DNA from: an uncultured Lachnospiraceae bacterium
GTDB lineage: Bacteria; Bacillota; Clostridia; Lachnospirales; Lachnospiraceae
Assembly (NCBI GenBank): GCA_945787995.1
Contig: CALZKI010000001.1
Span: forward strand, 1-44,994
Reading direction: 5' to 3'
DNA length: 44,994 bases
The translations under genes were made by a program, and so were the position numbers. Position 1 is the first letter of the stretch; every line of letters begins with the position of its first letter. A model generated the notes under the pieces. The model was given only the letters and a program-made list of their open reading frames with translations, did no database searches and was not told the DNA's origin. Positions 40,835 through 44,994 of the stretch are shown here, piece by piece.

Positions 40835-42280
40835 ATTGCCGAAGCCGAAGTTTTCGAACAGATCGAAGAGTTGACCGTACGGGTTTACGTAGTGGGTGTC
40901 GCCATCGGAATCCGGGGATGGTTCATCGGTGGATTCCGAAGTGTCGGTTTCGGGTGTGGTTTCGGAAGCGTTCACACTGGCGGGTGACAGGGTGACAGGC
41001 ACATCCATGGAGGTGTAGCCGTCAAGGGACTGTCGGGAGATGGTGATGGTAACGGTTTCGCCTGCCCGGTAGTACGCCAGATATCTCTTCAGGGAGGTGG
41101 TGTCGCTTACCGGTTTTTTGTCGATGGCTGTGATGATATCACCTTTCTTTAGACCGGCCTGTGCAGCACCTGCGTCAGCAGTTGTGTCACTGATGTATAC
41201 ACCAACAGGCATATCGTAGGCATTGCTGATGTCTTTTGTCACATCGATACAGCTGATGCCAAGAACACCGCGGTCTGCTTCCTCTACAAGGGTTTTTGTT
41301 TCGCTGTTCATCATGATTTCCACGTTTTCCATGATGGTGGAGATGGGGATGGCATATCCCATACCTTCTACGGTGCTGGTTGCAATTTTGGCGGAGTTGA
41401 TACCGATCAGCTCACCATTCATGTTGAATAGAGCACCACCACTATTACCGGGGTTGATGGCTGCATCTGTCTGGATATATTTGTTGGCACTGCCGATATC
41501 GCTGCCGCCTTCCACGGTACGGTTCATGGCACTGACGATACCTGTTGTAACGGACTGGCCATAACCCAGAGCATTACCGATAGCAACCACCTGCTGACCC
41601 AGCTTCAGTTCATTGGAATCACCGATGCTGGCTACTGTGATATGGTCAACAGTAACCTGCTCCAGACTGTTCATATCGATGGCGATTACGGCAATGTCTC
41701 TTGCAGAGTCGTAGTCTTTTACCTGTGCGGTAATGATATTTTTCTGATCTACTGTTTCCTGATTTTCTTCCCAACTGAACACTACACTGAGTTGTTCACT
41801 GCCTTCAATCACATGATAGTTGGTGAGAATCAGCAGTTCTGTATTTGTCTGACCGATGATTACACCGGAACCGCTGCTGTTGGTTTCCTGTGTGAAGTTA
41901 CCCCACATGCTGCGGATCTCTGTCTCCCCCTTGTTGGTAATAGCCACCACACTGGGCATGCACTTATCAACGATCTCTGATACATCCATTTCTTTGCTGC
42001 TGGCTGTTGTCAGAGCATCCTCCGGTGTTTGCAAGGGAGATTCTGTGGTCTCTTCATTCACTGCCGTTTCAGTCTCTTCAGACGTTTCACCTTCTTCCGA
42101 AGGAACTGCCTCTTCCGTGGTTTCCTCCGTGGTGTCTCCGGCTTGGTCTTTACCAACATAAGAGTCGGCGGCGGACTTGATTTCACTAAGATGACTGAAT
42201 GTATAGCTGCTGCCTACGCCTAATAACACGCCTAAAATCAATAGAAGTGTACATAACAATGCAACTTTTTTCTTGCTCAT
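40832..42280 (-). CDS. htrA: HtrA/DegP-family serine protease with PDZ domain
   Basis: N-terminal TM helix; triad motifs LTNYHV, DIAVI and QTDAAINPGNSGG; PDZ motif GLKKGDIITAID. Confidence 0.93.
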   Translation of the reverse strand: MSKKKVALLCTLLLILGVLLGVGSSYTFSHLSEIKSAADSYVGKDQAGDTTEETTEEAVPSEEGETSEETETAVNEETTESPLQTPEDALTTASSKEMDVSEIVDKCMPSVVAITNKGETEIRSMWGNFTQETNSSGSGVIIGQTNTELLILTNYHVIEGSEQLSVVFSWEENQETVDQKNIITAQVKDYDSARDIAVIAIDMNSLEQVTVDHITVASIGDSNELKLGQQVVAIGNALGYGQSVTTGIVSAMNRTVEGGSDIGSANKYIQTDAAINPGNSGGALFNMNGELIGINSAKIATSTVEGMGYAIPISTIMENVEIMMNSETKTLVEEADRGVLGISCIDVTKDISNAYDMPVGVYISDTTADAGAAQAGLKKGDIITAIDKKPVSDTTSLKRYLAYYRAGETVTITISRQSLDGYTSMDVPVTLSPASVNASETTPETDTSESTDEPSPDSDGDTHYVNPYGQLFDLFENFGFGN

Positions 42281-42475
42281 TTTTCATTCTCCTCTCCGGA
42301 TAACAAGTTTATGGCTGCATGCAGCCGGTTATCTTTTTTACTTATTATGTGGATACTATAAGAAAGGAATGTGGCAAAATTGTGTGAAAAATGTGAAAAA
42401 ATTGTGTCTTTAGAAAAACTTTGCTAAAATGGCTACGGCGAGTTTGGATAAATCGGATGCCTGTTTGGAGGAAAT

Positions 42476-44994
42476 ATGAAAAAAAGACCGGTACTTGGCA
42501 TTGTTGCTCATGTAGATGCTGGAAAAACAACTTTATCGGAAGCTATGCTGTATACCTGCGGTTCCATTCGAAAATTAGGCCGGGTGGATAATCGGGATGC
42601 CTTTTTGGACACCGACGAGCAGGAGCGGGCGAGAGGGATTACGATTTTCTCAAAACAGGCCAGATTTTCATATCAGGATATGGATATTACCCTGCTGGAT
42701 ACTCCCGGACATGTGGACTTTTCTGCAGAAATGGAGCGGACACTGCAGGTATTGGATTATGCGGTTCTGGTGGTCAGTGGGCCTTCCGGTGTGCAGGGAC
42801 ATACGGCAACCCTGTGGAAACTGCTGCAGCGTTATCAGATTCCCACATTTATTTTCGTGAATAAGATGGACTGCCCCGGTACAGACCGAGAAGTCCTAAT
42901 GAAGCATTTGAAGAAGGAACTGACAACCGGATGTGTGGATTTTACCGATTCATCTACCGATGTATTTGCGGAAGAGATTGCAGTACAGGATGAGGCTGTG
43001 TTGGAAAAGGTGTTAGAGGGAACCTGGGAGTGCGTTCCGGACACGGAGATACAGCGATTGATTGTGGAAAGAAAGGTTTTCCCCTGTTTATTCGGATCGG
43101 CTCTGAAGGTACAGGGGGTAGAGGAATTGCTTTCTCTGATGGACCGATTTATCGTGAACCGATATGAAAAAAACGGAGAGCCCTTTGGGGCAAGAGTATA
43201 TAAGATTGGTCGGGATGAACAGGATCAAAGATTAACTTACCTGAAGGTCACCGGTGGCGTGCTGCAGGTGAAGGATGTGGTGGAGGGGGAAAAGGTAAAC
43301 CAGATCCGCCTCTATTCCGGAGATAAGTTTGAAACGGTGAATCAGGTGGTTGCGGGACAGGTCTGTGCTGTCACCGGCTTAACAGGCACCAAGCCGGGAC
43401 AGGGGCTTGGTACCGAGGAGGGGACAAATGTTCCTGTTCTGGAGCCGGTTATGACCTACAAGCTGGAACTGCCGGATGATACCAGCCCGATACAGATGCT
43501 TCCCAAAATGAAGAAACTGGAAGAGGAAATTCCTGAACTGCATGTGCTCTGGCAGGAAGAATTGCAGGAAATTCAGGTGCAGGTAATGGGCAGTGTACAG
43601 ATCGAAATCCTGAAAAATCTGATTGCCAAAAGATTTCAAATCGGGGTGCAGTTTGGAACCGGTAAAATTGTCTATAAGGAAACCATTGTAAACACGGTGG
43701 AGGGTGTGGGCCATTTTGAGCCCCTTCGTCATTATGCGGAAGTGCATCTTTTGATGGAGCCCGGAGAACCGGGGAGCGGGTTGCAGTTCGCTGCCGCCGT
43801 AAGTGAGGATCTGCTGGATAAAAACTGGCAGCGTCTGATTCTGACTCATTTGGAAGAAAAGGAACACAGAGGGGTGCTCCTGGGAGCACCCATAACAGAT
43901 ATGCGTATAACGCTGGTGGCAGGGAAAGCCCACCTGAAGCATACCGAGGGTGGAGATTTCAGACAGGCTACCTATCGTGCAGTGCGTCATGGATTGATGC
44001 AGGCGGATTCTGTTCTGCTGGAACCCTGTTATGCGTTTCGTCTGGAGCTTCCCACGGAAAATGTGGGACGTGCCATGAATGACATCCAAAATATGCATGG
44101 TACATTTACTCTGGAAGAAACGGATTCTGCAGGAAATCTCTCTGTGATCACGGGAAAAGCACCTGTCAGTTGTATGCAGGACTATCAGACCAAGGTCACT
44201 GCCTATACCGGAGGACAGGGGCACATCACCTGTGAACCTGCCGGATATCAGGTGTGTCATAACACGGAAGAAGTACTTGCCAAAAGCATATATGATCCGG
44301 AGCGGGATATGAGAAATCCGGCGTCTTCTGTCTTTTGTGCCCACGGTGCCGGCTTTGTGGTGGAATGGGACAGCGTGGAATTCTTCATGCATGTGGACAG
44401 TGGCCTGATGCTGCTGCAGCCGCCGATTGATCCGGAAGAACGGGTAATCGGCAGAGCTAGAGAATCCTTTGACTATGACAGCATCGGAACAGAGGAGATT
44501 GATGAAATCATAGCAAAGAGCAGTTCGGCAAATCGCAGACCGGACAGCAATCGCAGAATAGGTTGGAACGGCAAGCAAAGAACCGGCGTGAAACGCATTT
44601 CGGCTGTTACGGGTAACAATAGGCAAGGAGATAACAAGTTTTCAGCAGACGGTGCCACAGGCGGTCTTCAGAATGAGGGAAGCAGGAAAAACAAGGCAAA
44701 ACCGCAGGTGAAAAAGAGTGCGTACCTGCTGGTAGACGGATATAACGTGATTTTCGCCTGGAACAGTCTGAAGGCACTGGCAGCAGTCAACATTGACAGT
44801 GCCAGGGATCGATTACTGGATATCCTGTCCAATTACCAGGGGATGAAAGGTGTGGAAGTGATTGTGGTCTTTGATGCCTATCGGGTGACAGGTCATAAGA
44901 CAGAATATTTTGATTACCACAACATCCATGTGGTATATACAAGAGAAGCGGAGACTGCGGACCGGTATATTGAGCGTTTTGCCCATGAGAATAA
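42476..44994 (+). CDS. TetM/EF-G-family translational GTPase fused to a C-terminal NYN/YacP (Rae1-like) RNase domain, 3'-truncated by the window edge (absent from the ORF track)
   Basis: Manual translation MKKRPVLGIVAHVDAGKTT...ERARGITI...DTPGHVDF...NKMD; in-frame YLLVDGYNVIFAW at 44723 followed by VVFDAY and ETADRYIE; GGAGG RBS. Confidence 0.9.
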   Translation, partial: MKKRPVLGIVAHVDAGKTTLSEAMLYTCGSIRKLGRVDNRDAFLDTDEQERARGITIFSKQARFSYQDMDITLLDTPGHVDFSAEMERTLQVLDYAVLVVSGPSGVQGHTATLWKLLQRYQIPTFIFVNKMDCPGTDREVLMKHLKKELTTGCVDFTDSSTDVFAEEIAVQDEAVLEKVLEGTWECVPDTEIQRLIVERKVFPCLFGSALKVQGVEELLSLMDRFIVNRYEKNGEPFGARVYKIGRDEQDQRLTYLKVTGGVLQVKDVVEGEKVNQIRLYSGDKFETVNQVVAGQVCAVTGLTGTKPGQGLGTEEGTNVPVLEPVMTYKLELPDDTSPIQMLPKMKKLEEEIPELHVLWQEELQEIQVQVMGSVQIEILKNLIAKRFQIGVQFGTGKIVYKETIVNTVEGVGHFEPLRHYAEVHLLMEPGEPGSGLQFAAAVSEDLLDKNWQRLILTHLEEKEHRGVLLGAPITDMRITLVAGKAHLKHTEGGDFRQATYRAVRHGLMQADSVLLEPCYAFRLELPTENVGRAMNDIQNMHGTFTLEETDSAGNLSVITGKAPVSCMQDYQTKVTAYTGGQGHITCEPAGYQVCHNTEEVLAKSIYDPERDMRNPASSVFCAHGAGFVVEWDSVEFFMHVDSGLMLLQPPIDPEERVIGRARESFDYDSIGTEEIDEIIAKSSSANRRPDSNRRIGWNGKQRTGVKRISAVTGNNRQGDNKFSADGATGGLQNEGSRKNKAKPQVKKSAYLLVDGYNVIFAWNSLKALAAVNIDSARDRLLDILSNYQGMKGVEVIVVFDAYRVTGHKTEYFDYHNIHVVYTREAETADRYIERFAHEN

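Noticed and set aside
40179-40995. ORFs of 128, 101, 112 and 138 aa across the large palindrome
   Set aside because: Low-complexity translations of the repeat arms, with no RBS or recognisable domain.
43379-44626. 415-aa minus-strand ORF
   Set aside because: Antisense to the GTPase-NYN gene, with no motifs; consistent with a codon-bias shadow.
42476-44994. Acquired tetracycline resistance gene
   Set aside because: Much longer than TetM/O/W, carries an RNase domain and has no conjugative-element context.

Overview
Core-genome window from an anaerobic, probably spore-forming Firmicute; gene order and content suggest Lachnospiraceae/Clostridiales, which is an inference. In order: gdpP(5'-truncated)-rplI-dnaB; a minus-strand pyruvate formate-lyase locus; a DUF1858 protein; mecA; GH18 hydrolase-amidase-sua5-rpiB-cell wall hydrolase; DUF402; a complete F1Fo operon with a Na+-type c subunit; two hypothetical genes; queT with a preQ1-I riboswitch; prs-dnaC-like-dnaD-like behind a DnaA-box cluster; murC; glgC-glgD-spoVG; pth-mfd-alpha/beta hydrolase; htrA; and a 3'-truncated TetM-like GTPase fused to a YacP/NYN RNase domain. 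No transposase, prophage, CRISPR array, tRNA or rRNA was seen. The standout is the PFL locus. PflB stops before its glycyl-radical domain, which is encoded as a separate 79-aa gene. Between them sits a 67-aa protein that copies the docking helix and strand of the radical domain but has a CxxC-x6-C motif instead of the Gly loop. The PflB tail, and possibly the PflA tail, carry similar strand motifs, suggesting a modular PFL with swappable active and decoy subunits. Also notable are a 603-bp palindrome running stop codon to stop codon between two convergent genes, a 175-bp rod-like hairpin, and a candidate ncRNA next to the mecA promoter.
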